From: an uncultured delta proteobacterium
GTDB lineage: Bacteria; Desulfobacterota; Binatia; UBA9968
DNA: 64,000 nucleotides
Assembly (NCBI GenBank): GCA_963760795.1
Contig: CAVXEP010000007.1
Span: 32,001-96,000, forward strand
Direction of reading: 5' to 3'
Below the pieces are notes generated by a model, which was not told the DNA's origin, did no database searches, and was given only the letters and a program-made list of their open reading frames with translations. Of this stretch, positions 42,513 to 52,704 are shown one piece after another (position 1 is the stretch's first letter; every line of letters starts with the position of its first letter). The position numbers were made by a program, and so were the translations under genes.

Positions 42513-43478
42513 TTAGAGATCCATCTTCTTGCCCAGCCCGCGCCGAACCGCTTCGTCGTAAAGCCAAGCGGCCAACGCCATGTCGCCGTAGCCGCCCTGG
42601 GATTCGCGAAAAATATTGATTTCATCGCGGCTGGCGCGCCCGACCGCCTGGCCGGTAACCAATTCACCCAACTCGGGGATGCGGCTCCACGAAAGTTTTC
42701 CCTTCGGCGGTCAGTTCGACCAGCGGCAACGCCGCCGATTTGTCCTGGTAGTTGCGCTCCTGTTCCTGGCTGCCGACCACGGTGCGCGCGGCCTTCGAGA
42801 TGCAATTCACGGCTCAACTCCGTCGGCTTGCCCATGCTGCTCACATGGGTGCCAGGCTCGACCCAATCCTCGGGAAAGATCGGCGTCAGCGAATTGGTCG
42901 CGGTGAGAATGACATCCATGCCGCGCACCGCTTGCTTCCGGTTTATCGACGCCGCGCACGGTGATGCCGAGCAGCTGCTCGCCCTCCTCACAAAATTTCC
43001 TCCGCCGCTCAGGATCGCGGCTGGAAACAAATATTTCTTTAATCGGCCGAACGGTTTGCAGCGCCTTGAGAATGCCGAAGGCATTTCGCCCGACGCCGAA
43101 CAAGCCGAGCTTTTTAGAGTCTTCCCGCGCCATATGCTTGGCCGCGATCGCTACCACCGCCGCCGTGCGCAGCGTGCCGAAGGGAAATCCCATGAACGAC
43201 AACAGCTCGCCGGTATCGGCATCGAAGAGCGTCGCGTACATCTTATCGCCGCCGCCCAGTCCGCTGTTGGGCCCCATGCGGACGCCGACCCGATGTTGTT
43301 TGAGCACCGCGCCGGAAACGATGCGCAATCCTTTGTTCGGCCCGACCGAAACATGATACGGCGCATGCGGCACGATCTGGCCGGCGGCTTGTTGTCGGTG
43401 CGCATCTTCGATCAACTCGATCGCCTTAGTCAAATCGAGCAGCGGTTTCAATTCATCGCGACTTAAAAATAAAGGCAT
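42513..43478 (-). CDS. Ornithine cyclodeaminase/mu-crystallin family protein (frameshifts)
   Basis: LFDADTGELL, LRTAAV, LGLFGVG, DVILTATNS, PGTHV, ELGELVTG, FRESQGGYGD (split across frames). Confidence 0.85.
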
Positions 43479-43632
43479 GGACTCCGTTCGCAACTACTTC
43501 AAATCGTTCGCGCCGTTCAATCGCTACGCATACGTGTAATCCGAACTCGATCTTACTCTCGTCGTCACTCCGAACCGCACCTTGCCCACCTCCGAAGGAA
43601 CGGGGCTTTGAGCCGCGCTTGAACTGCGGAAT

Positions 43633-44852
43633 TTACTTCGGTAACCGCGAGCTCATGCGCCCGTTTCCCCAACCGCCGCCCACCGTTCTTGGTCACGACC
43701 ACAGTATCGCCCCACTGGCAGATATACTCGCCGTCCGCCGAGATCGCCGAGGGCTTGCAGATAAACACCATATTCTCGCGCATCGCCACCGCCAGTTGGC
43801 GCGGGCTCTTGGCGTGCGGCGTGATGATCGGCCCGTCGTCGCCCTGGCCGCGGCCATGCATGTTGAGTTCGCCCACGCGCGCCCGCGGCCGGTCCGCTTT
43901 TCGGCGCCGCACTTTGCACCGCACTCTTGGTCAGCTCGGCCAACTCGCCGACGGTGACGCCGGGCTTCAAATTTTCCACCACGCGATTGAAGATTTCACG
44001 CTGCACTTTGATCAGCTCGGCCTGCACCGGATCGATCACTTCGACAAACACCGGCTGCACCGCCTTGGGCGCGATAACCGATCCACGACGCTTCGATTTC
44101 ATTGATGATCGCGTCGCCGCGCTCGAGCAGCCGCATGCTCGGCCGGGTCAGCGTGCGCTTGGGATTTTTTCCGGACACCCAGAAACAATGAATCGGCAAC
44201 TCGGAACCGTTGCGCGTCATGGCGTAATGCATCGCCGCCCACACTTCCCAATCCTTGACGCCGACCTTGGCCGCTTCGATCTCGGCTTGAATCGCCAGCT
44301 CGTTGATCTCCATCGACTTGGCGAGCACGTCGATTTCTTCCTGCGCTCTTCACATAGCGCACTTCGTCGAGGATCGCCGTGGCGTCGACCAATTGCGCCT
44401 GCGGGAAAGCCTTCGCGGATCTGCTTCCAGGTGCCGTAGAAAATCGTTCCCTCCGGCGTGCGCGTGCCTTCGACTTCGCCGAGACCGGTAATGCCGATGC
44501 GGCCATGATCGACGTCCAATTCGTTCAATCGCTCGACGATCACCTTGCCGTAATTGCGCCGCGCCTCGCGCACGTCGGTGACCCAGTCCTGCACCGTCGG
44601 CCAGCGCGGCCCGGCCGAAGTCGCGATCGCCGTCACTGCGCCGTCAATCGGAAAAACCGCCGCCAGATCGGGTTCGCCGCCGCCGCAGTGCGTCAGATAA
44701 CGCGTGTTGGCCTGATAGTCCGCCGAATGGCCGCTGTTCTGCGGCGTGACGATGACGTCAAGATTCTGCTGGCGCATCAACTCGCGGACAGCCTGCCATC
44801 GGCGGTCGCGTTCAGCGAGGGAAAAACGCGGATAAGGATAAAGTTCAGCCAT
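43633..44852 (-). CDS. M24 (pita-bread fold) peptidase/creatinase-like protein (frameshifts)
   Basis: RFSLAERDRRWQAVRELM, DAT.ILDEVRYVKS, EIEASWIGYRAQ, HGRGQGDDGP, WGDTVVVTKNGGRRL. Confidence 0.82.
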
Positions 44853-44889
44853 AATTTTATTCCGAAAGTTGATGCAAGATACTTGTTTC

Positions 44890-44964
44890 CACCACGAAGG
44901 CACGAAGACACGAAGTCCGAAGTTTATTTTCCGAACCCTTCGCGTCCTTCGTGTCTTCGTGGTG
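44890..44964. repeat. Nonamer foldback element, family A
   Basis: caccacgaaggcacgaagacacgaag ... cttcgcgtccttcgtgtcttcgtggtg. Confidence 0.92.
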
Positions 44965-44985
44965 AACTATCCATTTCTTCAGTAG

Positions 44986-46164
44986 TTACACATCGATCAC
45001 AACCAATTTCATATCGCGCTTGCCCAAGCGTCGCGCGCCGTTTTCGGTCACCGTCACGGTATCGCCGACGCTGGCGCGGCCTTTGCCCTGGGTCGGCCGT
45101 ACCTGCGGTTTGAGTATGAAAGTCATGCCGGCTTTTAGCTCAATCTTGGCAAATCGCTCAAGATCCTTGTCACCCATCAGCGCCGGCCCGTCGTCGCCCA
45201 ACCCGCGCGCGTGCATCATCGGATGGTTCCAAGAGTACGGCCCGGCGCCTTCCACCGTGCGCGTGTAGATGTCGAACAACGTGCCGAAAGTCACGCCTGG
45301 TTTCATGGCAGCGAGAATCGCTTCGAAACAGGTGCGCGAGGCTTCGACCATCGCTTGATAAGCCGGATCGGGTTTACCGACCACCGCCGGACTCACCGCT
45401 TGCGCGGCATAGCCGCCATATTTGGCTTCGATCTCACCGACAAGATTGTCGCCGTTCTGAATCACGTAGTCGGTGGGCACAAACGAGCTATTGAACAGAT
45501 TGGGCCCGGCGCTGAGAAAAAACAATGTCGGCAACTCACCGCCGTTGGATAGCATGGCATGCAGCATGGTCGCGTAGACTTCTTTTTCGCTCACGCCCGG
45601 CTTGGCGGTTTGCTTCATCGCGTCAATGGCTTTCTCGATAATCGCCGCGGAGCGCTCTAGAAAAGACACTTCCTCGGAACTCTTGATGGCGCGAATCTCC
45701 TGCATCATCTCGGTGGCGTTGACGATTTTCGCCTGGGGAAACGTCTCTTGAATCGCCTTGACCGAAGAATAGGGAATGATCCCCTCCGGCGCGCGCACCA
45801 GACCGGCGAGCCCCGAAATGCCGATGGTGCCTTTGTCGAGACCCAATTCTTTGATGCGCTCGATGGCGTTCTGACCCCAGCGGTTGCGCCCGTCGCGCAC
45901 GTCCGCCACCCAGTTCTGTGCCTTCTGCCACCAGCCGGCGCGATTGAAAACATAGGACGTGACTTCCCCCTGCGCGGGGAAAACCGTAAACATCTCGGTG
46001 GCGAAACCACCGATGATAGTCAGATAACGCGAGTCACCCTGCAATTGCTCCCAGCGCCCGGTGTTCGCCGGCAGCAGCAACACATCGATGCCGCGCTTGG
46101 CCATCTCCGCGCGCACCAGTTGATAACGCCGGTCTCTTTCTTGAATCGATAACTGTGGAATCAT
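44986..46164 (-). CDS. M24 (pita-bread fold) peptidase/creatinase-like protein
   Basis: SIQERDRRYQLVRAEM, EIRAIKSSEE, KPGVSE, EIEAKYGGYAAQ, HARGLGDDGP, GDTVTVTENGARRL. Confidence 0.88.
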   Translation of the reverse strand: MIPQLSIQERDRRYQLVRAEMAKRGIDVLLLPANTGRWEQLQGDSRYLTIIGGFATEMFTVFPAQGEVTSYVFNRAGWWQKAQNWVADVRDGRNRWGQNAIERIKELGLDKGTIGISGLAGLVRAPEGIIPYSSVKAIQETFPQAKIVNATEMMQEIRAIKSSEEVSFLERSAAIIEKAIDAMKQTAKPGVSEKEVYATMLHAMLSNGGELPTLFFLSAGPNLFNSSFVPTDYVIQNGDNLVGEIEAKYGGYAAQAVSPAVVGKPDPAYQAMVEASRTCFEAILAAMKPGVTFGTLFDIYTRTVEGAGPYSWNHPMMHARGLGDDGPALMGDKDLERFAKIELKAGMTFILKPQVRPTQGKGRASVGDTVTVTENGARRLGKRDMKLVVIDV

Positions 46165-46184
46165 TCTGTCCTCCCGCTTGGTCG

Positions 46185-46263
46185 GAATCTCAGATTTCAA
46201 ATTCCAGATTCCAAATTGAGCTCGCACGTTGAATCTGTAATTTTGAATTTGGAATCTGGAATC
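46185..46263. repeat. Foldback element with ATTCCAG/CTGGAAT-like heptamer units
   Basis: gaatctcagatttcaaattccagattccaaatt ... aatctgtaattttgaatttggaatctggaatc. Confidence 0.8.
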
Positions 46264-46266
46264 ATC

Positions 46267-47390
46267 TTATTTACCCGACCGTTGCCGCGCCGCGTTGATC
46301 AAATCGCCCACCGGCTTCCACTCCATCCAGTCGTGCGCGGCTGATTTCGATGTAGTCGACATCTTTTCGTCGGCGCGCCGCTTCGGGCACACACTTCAGC
46401 GGCAGATCTTCGCGCATCGACGTCGTCGTTTCGTCTTCAATCGTGTTGTTGGCTTGGCGGAAAGCGATCTGCCCTTCGCGCGATAGATACCAGTTGATGA
46501 AAACCTTTCGCCGCGCTCGGATGCGGCTGCGAGTTCATCAAGCCGATCGCGCCGTTATTCGAGCCGATGCCCGGCGCTTCTTTGAAATGGTACGGGCTGA
46601 TTTCGGCGACTGGCAGCCCTTGTTCCTGCGCGCGCCGGAGCCGGCACAGAAAACATAGCGGATATTTACCCGCGGCAAGCCAATCCGTGCCTTGGCGAAA
46701 GTCGCTGAAGTAAGTGATATCCATCTCGCCGCCGTAAAAGCGTTCGAGAAACTTCGGACCGATTTGCGGGTGGTGATACATGAAGAGCAGCGCCGTGGAA
46801 ACGTAATTGGCGCGCGGCCAGAGGCCGATGATCTTGCCTTTCCACTTGGGATCGAGCAGATCCCACACCGAGCGGATCGAATCCAGGCTAACTAGTTTTG
46901 TATGGTGGTACACCGGCGGTCCATAGAGCGAGCTTTGATAGACAAAGACATACTGCCCTTCCGGATCGACGTAGCGGTGCTTGCCTTTCCACCACTTCGA
47001 CAGATCCGTGACTTCGGGAAGCATCAGCGCCGGCGCAAGCGGATCGAGCGCTTTGCCGCGTTGGAGACTGTTGTAAGTCGCCCCCGGCGCGCCGAGCACC
47101 ACGTCGACGAGAAACTGGCTCGCGCGCCGCTCCGCCATCACTTTGGTGACGATCTCGGCGGTGGTGCTGATACCAACGGAGTTCAGTTTGATCTTAGGAA
47201 ATTTTTTCTTGAAGGCATCCCAAATAACTTGCAAATCACCGACTGAATTCGTCGCGTAGACCGTCACCTCGCCTTCCTTCTCCGCCGCGCGCACGACATC
47301 GTCCCAGCGCGCCTGCGCCGCCACAGCGGCCTGGCCAAACAACAGGCTCATTAGCGCAACTGACAGCAAGCTCCACATCCGAATCTTCAT
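46267..47390 (-). CDS. ABC extracellular solute-binding protein (frameshifts near the 3' end)
   Basis: Signal peptide, AAEKEGEVTVY, DLLDPKWKGKI, PHPSAA then KVFINWYLSREGQ in a shifted frame. Confidence 0.87.
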
Positions 47391-47391
47391 C

Positions 47392-47414
47392 TCCTGACTC
47401 CTGACTTCTGACTC
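47392..47414. repeat. CTGACT(C/T) heptamer tandem repeat filling the intergenic gap
   Basis: tcctgactcctgacttctgactc. Confidence 0.65.
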
Positions 47415-47415
47415 G

Positions 47416-48357
47416 CTATTCAGTGCTAATCTCCTGCCCCAAACCGCGCCGCTTCGCCTCTTCGTAAGCATACGCCGCCAAGGTTAAGTCGCCATAACCG
47501 CCCTGGGAGTCACGAAAAATAATCAAGCTGCGCGGCAAATTCGGCACCGCCACTTTACCGGTCACGACATCGCAAAATTCCGCGACGTCGTCCCAGGAAA
47601 GCTTGCCCTGCTGCGACAAGCGAATCAGCGGCTGATCGAGCTTGGTATCGTAATAGTTGAGTTCATGAGTTTTGCTGGGGACACTCACCAAGTTGGCCTT
47701 GAGATAAACCTCGTCGTCGAACTCATTGGGCCGGCCGATGCCGAAAACCGCAAGCCCTGGCCGAAGCCATTGACCGTGCAGCGCTGCCGCCGGCGAGTTG
47801 GTGCTGACCAGCACGAAGTCCGCTCGCTCGATCGCCGCTTGCGGCGAGTCGACAGCTACTACCGAAGTCTTCAAGGCCATCCCGGCTTTTCGGGCAAAGC
47901 TTTCGCGATTCACCGCGCTGCGGCTGTAGACCAACACGCGCTCGATGGAACGCACCGCGCAGGCCGGCTCAAGTATCGGCAACGCTAACCGGCCGCTGCC
48001 GATCATCGCCACGGTTTTGGCTTTGGCGTCAGTGAAGCGCTCGATGGCCAGGCCAACAGTTGCGCTGATGCGCAACTCGCTAAACGGATAGCCCATTAGC
48101 GACAGCAGCTTGCCCGAGCTGATCTCAAACAACAAAGCCAACGCGCCACCACCCGTCACACTGACGCGCAAGCCGTTCTTGTTCTGCGCTTCCAGGCCGC
48201 CCACGACCATGCGCATGCCGCGATTCATAAACCGCAGCGGCGCCACTTGTTTCACCTGACCCGCCGCTTGTTCGCGAAACGTTTGTTCAAGCACCGCCAT
48301 CGCTTGGCGCAGATCCAGCAAACCGGAAACTTCGGATCGTTTTAGGAGCAGCGTCAC
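47416..48357 (-). CDS. Ornithine cyclodeaminase/mu-crystallin family protein
   Basis: LFEISSGKLL, ELRISA, MIGSGRLA, ADFVLVSTNS, FRDSQGGYGD; GTG start inferred by alignment with the paralogue at 43478. Confidence 0.88.
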   Translation of the reverse strand: MTLLLKRSEVSGLLDLRQAMAVLEQTFREQAAGQVKQVAPLRFMNRGMRMVVGGLEAQNKNGLRVSVTGGGALALLFEISSGKLLSLMGYPFSELRISATVGLAIERFTDAKAKTVAMIGSGRLALPILEPACAVRSIERVLVYSRSAVNRESFARKAGMALKTSVVAVDSPQAAIERADFVLVSTNSPAAALHGQWLRPGLAVFGIGRPNEFDDEVYLKANLVSVPSKTHELNYYDTKLDQPLIRLSQQGKLSWDDVAEFCDVVTGKVAVPNLPRSLIIFRDSQGGYGDLTLAAYAYEEAKRRGLGQEISTE

Positions 48358-48420
48358 GATGCGCAACTTATCGCTGTCGAAGCGATCAAACAACACATCG
48401 ACAACCGCCGACCGGCGCGA

Positions 48421-49095
48421 TCAGTGCTGAATCTCATGAACCATACTTTTTCCAGGGCAATACGTGTAGGTGTGATGGTCATAGCGTTTTTTCTCGGACT
48501 TATCGGTCACGCTCCAGTAGAATTCCAGACAATGCCGGTCATTACCCAAGGTGAAGTCGATCTGCTTGATAGTGATCGATTCCACCCTTTCAGAATCTCT
48601 CGATCCCTCATAAATCTTATAGACATGCTTTTTCGTTTCGCCTTCTTTCCACAAGCCAAGGGGAAATTTAAGACCGCCGGAAGATGTCCGAGTGTCTTGA
48701 TTCGGCCGTCCATCGTAAAGCCGGCCGAGACCGGTGCGTTCTTCGTTAATGACAAACAGTTGCCATTTGGCACCGCCCCTTTGAGGATTGATTCGCTCAT
48801 AGACGGCATGGTTCTGGCCGGTCGCTGGGTGTTTCCAGTCGGTAGGCCCTTTGATCGAGTAAGCGGCTTTATTGTGCCGATAGTTGCCATCGACCTTCGT
48901 CATTTTAAGTTCCTGCTTGCCATCCCACTCGGCGCCGGTCCACAGCTCCACCGGAATGAACCGTTCTTTTGTTTCCACATTCGTCGCGTTGTCCCATGGA
49001 TTCGCTGCCGCCGTGAAGGTCACAGTAATCGAAACTAATAGGCCCAGGATCAAACCACCCGAAATAATATCGTGCGTGGTCATCGAGCGTTTCAT
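48421..49095 (-). CDS. Hypothetical secreted protein
   Basis: 224 aa ORF with an N-terminal hydrophobic signal-like segment, in the same orientation as its neighbours; no family recognised. Confidence 0.7.
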   Translation of the reverse strand: MKRSMTTHDIISGGLILGLLVSITVTFTAAANPWDNATNVETKERFIPVELWTGAEWDGKQELKMTKVDGNYRHNKAAYSIKGPTDWKHPATGQNHAVYERINPQRGGAKWQLFVINEERTGLGRLYDGRPNQDTRTSSGGLKFPLGLWKEGETKKHVYKIYEGSRDSERVESITIKQIDFTLGNDRHCLEFYWSVTDKSEKKRYDHHTYTYCPGKSMVHEIQH

Positions 49096-49146
49096 AGCGC
49101 ACCGCCAATGGTTACGGTGTTGAATTTTAATTTGTCTTCAATATTT

Positions 49147-50175
49147 TCACTGCGCCAATATCTTTTTGATCCGCTCGACCACTTCCGCCGGCTGGTCGAT
49201 GACCTCCTTGGCGATCTTGGTGAGCTGCTCACCGCTAACCGGGGTGATATCGAGTTTCTTTTGCTTCGCCTCTTCGAGCAGCGCCGGATCAGCCATCGCT
49301 TTCATGAAACCGTCGCGCAGCAGCTTGATTCGGTCCGGCGGCGTCGCCGGATGAGTCACCATCGGCCGGCCAAGCTCACCGGAACCGAGCATGACGACGG
49401 CGACACGGCGGCTCAACTCCGGGGTCTTGTATTCGTTCATGAGGTCGCTGAGCAGCGGCGTATCGGGCAACTGCGGGTCTTTCTTCTCGCCGGTTTGCAT
49501 GAGAATCCGCACAAGGTTGGTTTTGCGCCAGGTGTGATAGGGCTCGCGGGAAAAATAAGCCTGGGTGGTAAATGACCGGCAGACCACTTCGTTGCGCTCC
49601 GTGGCGATGTCGATCTCATTACCGCCGGCGTAACCGGTGACGATGGTGAACTTGGTGCCGAGCAGCTCTTCGAGCAGGCGCGGAATATAATGGCCGCTAG
49701 TGCCGGTGCCGGTGGCGCCGCACTTAGGCGGCTCTTTGGCGTTGCGAATATCGCGCATAGTCTTGAACGGCGCATCGCTGCGCATATAAAGCAGATGCTC
49801 CGACTTATCCGGACTGGCGAGCCAGGTGAATTTGGTCCAGTCGAATTGAATCTCTTTGTTGCCCTGGAGCTGATTGAAATAATGCGCCGGATTGATCGAC
49901 GTGACGGTCAATCCGTCAGGCTTGGCGACGGCGTAGGCATGGTTAGCCGCGACGATGCCGCCCGCCGCCGGCATATTCTGCATGACCACGTTGGGATTGC
50001 CGGGAATATGTTTACCGATATGGTTCGCCAACAGGCGGGCGTAAATATCGTAGGCGGTTCCGGCCCCCGAGCCGACAACAAAATTGATAGTCTTCCCCTG
50101 ATAATAGGGTGTTTGCGCGCCCGCCTCCGCGCCCGGAATCAACAGCAATGCAGCCAACAAGAGCAGTCGTTTCAT
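49147..50175 (-). CDS. Bug/TctC family substrate-binding protein
   Basis: YYQGKTINFVVG, IPGNP..QNMP, AKPDGLT, KCGATG, GYAGGNEIDIATERNEV. Confidence 0.9.
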   Translation of the reverse strand: MKRLLLLAALLLIPGAEAGAQTPYYQGKTINFVVGSGAGTAYDIYARLLANHIGKHIPGNPNVVMQNMPAAGGIVAANHAYAVAKPDGLTVTSINPAHYFNQLQGNKEIQFDWTKFTWLASPDKSEHLLYMRSDAPFKTMRDIRNAKEPPKCGATGTGTSGHYIPRLLEELLGTKFTIVTGYAGGNEIDIATERNEVVCRSFTTQAYFSREPYHTWRKTNLVRILMQTGEKKDPQLPDTPLLSDLMNEYKTPELSRRVAVVMLGSGELGRPMVTHPATPPDRIKLLRDGFMKAMADPALLEEAKQKKLDITPVSGEQLTKIAKEVIDQPAEVVERIKKILAQ

Positions 50176-50575
50176 ATCGTTTTCCTTTCCATAGTCAGAT
50201 CGCGAGGGGTGCGAATCGAGCCCGCGCCGCTAATCTCGTTACCATCAATTGAGATAAATTGCCAAACCGGCCGCAGCGTAATCGATGTGCCGGAAACAAT
50301 TCTGACAGGCAACACCTAGCGCAAGCTAAAACGATTGTTACTGCGCAACAAATTCGCTCGCAGTGTCAGGACAGCATCGAAAACTGTTCACTACGACCAA
50401 CTGGCGCCCGCTTGGACCGATGGAAACCGCTGGCCATGGGATGACAACCTGGCCACAAACTTGGCCGCAAATAATGTTGTCAAAGGACTAAAGCTTCTCG
50501 CGATAGATCGAACATGCTCTTCTGACTTCATTTGATAAGATTTTCCTCAAATTGGGCAACTTGGCCCGCCATGGC

Positions 50576-50591
50576 GGGTATGCAACTTGCT
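50576..50591 (+). promoter_or_regulatory. Possible sigma54 -24/-12 promoter
   Basis: gGGtatgcaacttGCt: GG-N10-GC with TTGC, about 40 nt upstream of ATG 50634. Confidence 0.35.
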
Positions 50592-50633
50592 CCAAAGCTA
50601 GGCAATCTAATCTTTTCAGTGGGGACGTATTGA

Positions 50634-51572
50634 ATGGATCACAGTGGCGGCAAAGCGGGAGGGTTTGGCCTCAAGGGTTTAATCGTGGTGATAGTATGGA
50701 CGATCGGCCTGGGAGTAATGCTCTACCACTCGGGTATCGGCAGGGAATCTGCGAAGAAGCCTGCACCACTGCCTGACAAATTCGCCCAAAAACCCGTCCA
50801 AATCATGAACATGGCCCTCGGCCACATGGTGTTTCTCGCCCGGGACCTCGGTTTCTCCATCAAGACCGCCAAGGGAGAATCGCTTCAAGACACTCGTATC
50901 GCGGCTCGGATCGAGACTCAATTACAAGGGGTGCGGGATCTATTTCGCCAGGAGATCGCGCGCAATGGCAAGCTAGTGGGCAGCTTGATTTTACAATTCA
51001 GCGTCAACCCGGCCGGCGAAGTCAGCCAGGTCAAGGAAGTATCCTCGCGCATCAACGACGCTGAGTTCAAAAAGACCGTGCTTGCGGAAACCGGCAAATG
51101 GACATTTGCCGAGTTGCTCATCGAGACAGTAACCGTTCAATGCCCTCTGCTATTCGTACAGGAGGGCATGGATATCACTACTTTGGTGCGCTGGGAAAGC
51201 TCTCTAAATAGCGCGATTGAAAAAGTGGCGGCTACACCCGCGGCGAAACCGGAAACAGTCCAACAGGCGAAGACAACCGCTGCGGTGGCACAACCGGCAG
51301 CGGTTGCCAAACCCGTCCCGGTGACGGTGAAGCCCGCGCCGGCAGCCCTGGTCAAGGCCGATGGCGAACAAGTCGAGATCAAATACGCGACGCTGTTGCG
51401 CAAGGAACCCAACTTTAATGCGCCCGTGCTCACGACGTTAACCATCGGCACCAAAGTTACGGTGATCATTCGAGGCAGCGAATGGCTCGAAGTCCGGTCC
51501 CATCACAATGGACCAACCGGTTACATCCGTAAAGAATTCGTCATCCCCGTCGACGTCGCGGTCAACCGCTAG
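50634..51572 (+). CDS. Membrane-anchored protein with TonB-C/AgmX-PglI-like domain and C-terminal bacterial SH3 domain
   Basis: N-terminal TM; GSLILQFSVNPAGEV..V..S....F...V....KWTF; Pro/Ala linker; LRKEPNFNAPVL..L..GTKV....EWLEV....TGYI. Confidence 0.75.
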   Translation: MDHSGGKAGGFGLKGLIVVIVWTIGLGVMLYHSGIGRESAKKPAPLPDKFAQKPVQIMNMALGHMVFLARDLGFSIKTAKGESLQDTRIAARIETQLQGVRDLFRQEIARNGKLVGSLILQFSVNPAGEVSQVKEVSSRINDAEFKKTVLAETGKWTFAELLIETVTVQCPLLFVQEGMDITTLVRWESSLNSAIEKVAATPAAKPETVQQAKTTAAVAQPAAVAKPVPVTVKPAPAALVKADGEQVEIKYATLLRKEPNFNAPVLTTLTIGTKVTVIIRGSEWLEVRSHHNGPTGYIRKEFVIPVDVAVNR

Positions 51573-51640
51573 CTCGTCAGTTCTCGAATTTCGTAAAACC
51601 CGCGCTTGCAAACCGGCGGCATCGTCAGCACCATGGCCGC

Positions 51641-52606
51641 ATGGCGGTCCATATTCGAAAACTTTGGCAGCTGTCCGAGCGCGAGCTTACGGCGGAAAAG
51701 TTTTTCCGGCAGCGCCGCCAACTGGTCAAATCGGCCGGCCTCATCGGACTCGGCATAGCCAGCGGCTTAATCTCCGCTTGCGGCCCTGCCGGCGATGCAA
51801 TTCGCCTCGGCGCTCAAGAGCAGCCCGCGGCAGCCGATCTCTATCCCGCCCGCCGCAACCCACAGTTCATCCTCGATCGTCCAGTTACCGACGAAGCCTA
51901 CGCCGCCTCATACAACAATTTCTATGAGTTCAGCGTCTTCAAGAGCCGGGTCTACAAAAACGCCGCGCGCCTGACCACCCATCCATGGCAGGTGGAGATT
52001 GCCGGCTTGGCCGCCAAGCCGCGGCTTTACGACATCGACGAACTGGTTCGCTCCATGGGACTTGAAGAGCGACTCTACCGCTTTCGTTGTGTCGAGGCCT
52101 GGGCCATGGCGGTGCCGTGGTCCGGATTTCCGCTCGCCGCGCTGATCAAAAAAGTTGAACCGCTGTCAGCGGCCAAGTTCATCCGCTTGGTGACGTTTTT
52201 GAAACCCGACCAGGCGACCAATCAAAGCCCATCCTATGGTCCCTGGCCTTACACCGAAGCGTTGACGATGGCGGAGGCAATGAATGAACTCACTCTGATG
52301 GCAACCGGCATCTACGGTCATCCACTACCCAAACAGCATGGCGCGCCGCTGCGCCTGGTCGTGCCATGGAAGTACGGCTTCAAAAGCATCAAGTCGATTG
52401 TCAAAATCGAATTTACCGCCGAACGGCCGGCAACGTTTTGGCAAAGTAACCGGCCCAGCGAATACGATTTCACCAGCAACGTCGACCCAAACACGCCGCA
52501 CCCGCGTTGGTCGCAAGCGACGGAAAAACTCATCGACACCGGCGAACGCCGGCCGACGCTGCCGTACAACGGCTATGGGGAATGGGTGGCGCAGTTGTAT
52601 GGATAG
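51641..52606 (+). CDS. msrP: Protein-methionine-sulfoxide reductase catalytic subunit MsrP (Mo cofactor)
   Basis: Tat-like RRQLVK, YNNFYEF, EERLYRFRCVEAW, WPYTEALTMAEAMNEL, QHGAPLRLVVPWKYGFKSIKSI, HPRWSQATE. Confidence 0.93.
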   Translation: MAVHIRKLWQLSERELTAEKFFRQRRQLVKSAGLIGLGIASGLISACGPAGDAIRLGAQEQPAAADLYPARRNPQFILDRPVTDEAYAASYNNFYEFSVFKSRVYKNAARLTTHPWQVEIAGLAAKPRLYDIDELVRSMGLEERLYRFRCVEAWAMAVPWSGFPLAALIKKVEPLSAAKFIRLVTFLKPDQATNQSPSYGPWPYTEALTMAEAMNELTLMATGIYGHPLPKQHGAPLRLVVPWKYGFKSIKSIVKIEFTAERPATFWQSNRPSEYDFTSNVDPNTPHPRWSQATEKLIDTGERRPTLPYNGYGEWVAQLYG

Positions 52607-52614
52607 AAGAAATT

Positions 52615-52680
52615 GGTCGAGGATCGAAGATAGACGATCGAAGATGGCCATCCTCGATCGTCCATCCTCTACCCTCGACC
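52615..52680. repeat. Foldback of GATCGAA/G-like heptamer units between convergent genes
   Basis: ggtcgaggatcgaagatagacgatcgaagatgg|ccatcctcgatcgtccatcctctaccctcgacc. Confidence 0.8.
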
Positions 52681-52704
52681 CTTCTGCAGTTTTATCGAAG
52701 TGAA

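Noticed and set aside
50176-50560. Small ORFs in the divergent intergenic region
   Set aside because: No SD support, motifs or typical codon bias
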